Positions 63,701 to 64,000 of a DNA stretch of 64,000 nucleotides are shown here, piece by piece. The stretch is from Takakia lepidozioides (lineage: Eukaryota; Plantae; Bryophyta). A program made the translations under genes and the position numbers. Location of the stretch: assembly GCA_030704615.1 (NCBI GenBank), contig CM060732.1:38378001-38442000 (forward strand), written 5' to 3'. Positions within the stretch are counted from its first letter, which is position 1. Each line of letters starts with the position of its first letter. The notes under the pieces are model-generated. The model was given only the letters and a program-made list of their open reading frames with translations, was not told the origin of the DNA and ran no database searches.

Positions 63701-64000
63701 AGAGGTGCTACCAAAATACAAGACCAATCACAACCTGGTCGTCCTTCTACTGGCAATGTTCACCATGAAGCTCAAGACCAAGAATACAACAGGTGATTCT
63801 CTAAGAATACACGGATTTCAATTTAAACATATGTAGCTCTCACAGTTTAATTCCAACATAGATAACTGCAGCAATTTTTTAACCCTTTCCAGATGTAGTA
63901 CAAGGCCTTTCATCGTGAAGAGATCTATCTTTGAAGTATCTACAAGCTTGGATATATCATGAGATTGAGTGGAAATGTGGGTACTTCAGAGTTTTGCATC

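Overview
Eukaryotic nuclear DNA from a land plant. The GT-AG introns, intronless F-box gene and PLS-DYW PPR style suggest a non-seed plant (moss/bryophyte or lycophyte); the species cannot be fixed from sequence alone. Host genes: an F-box gene (-), head-to-head across a G-box-rich interval with a multi-exon TIFY gene that joins a PEAPOD (PPD) domain to a canonical JAZ degron; an intact PLS-E-DYW PPR gene (-); and a divergent pair of OSB/PDF-motif exon sets at the right end. The middle ~40 kb (16.2-56.1 kb) is a nest of transposons. A degenerate Ty3/Gypsy element (tRNA-Ala PBS, dUTPase-like domain between protease and RT) has its gag split by a CACTA element encoding TnpD, a TnpA-like protein and a SET-domain protein. 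That CACTA is split by a ~21 kb block holding a hAT-like element with a palindrome array, a Pack-CACTA carrying PDF+PPR gene fragments, a Naiad/Chlamys-like Penelope RT and repeated LINE zinc-knuckle modules. Best novelty candidates: PDF(OSB)-PPR(-DYW) fusion genes and their capture by a Pack-CACTA, the SET-encoding CACTA, the PPD/JAZ hybrid and the dUTPase Gypsy. All calls are by eye; no database searches were run.
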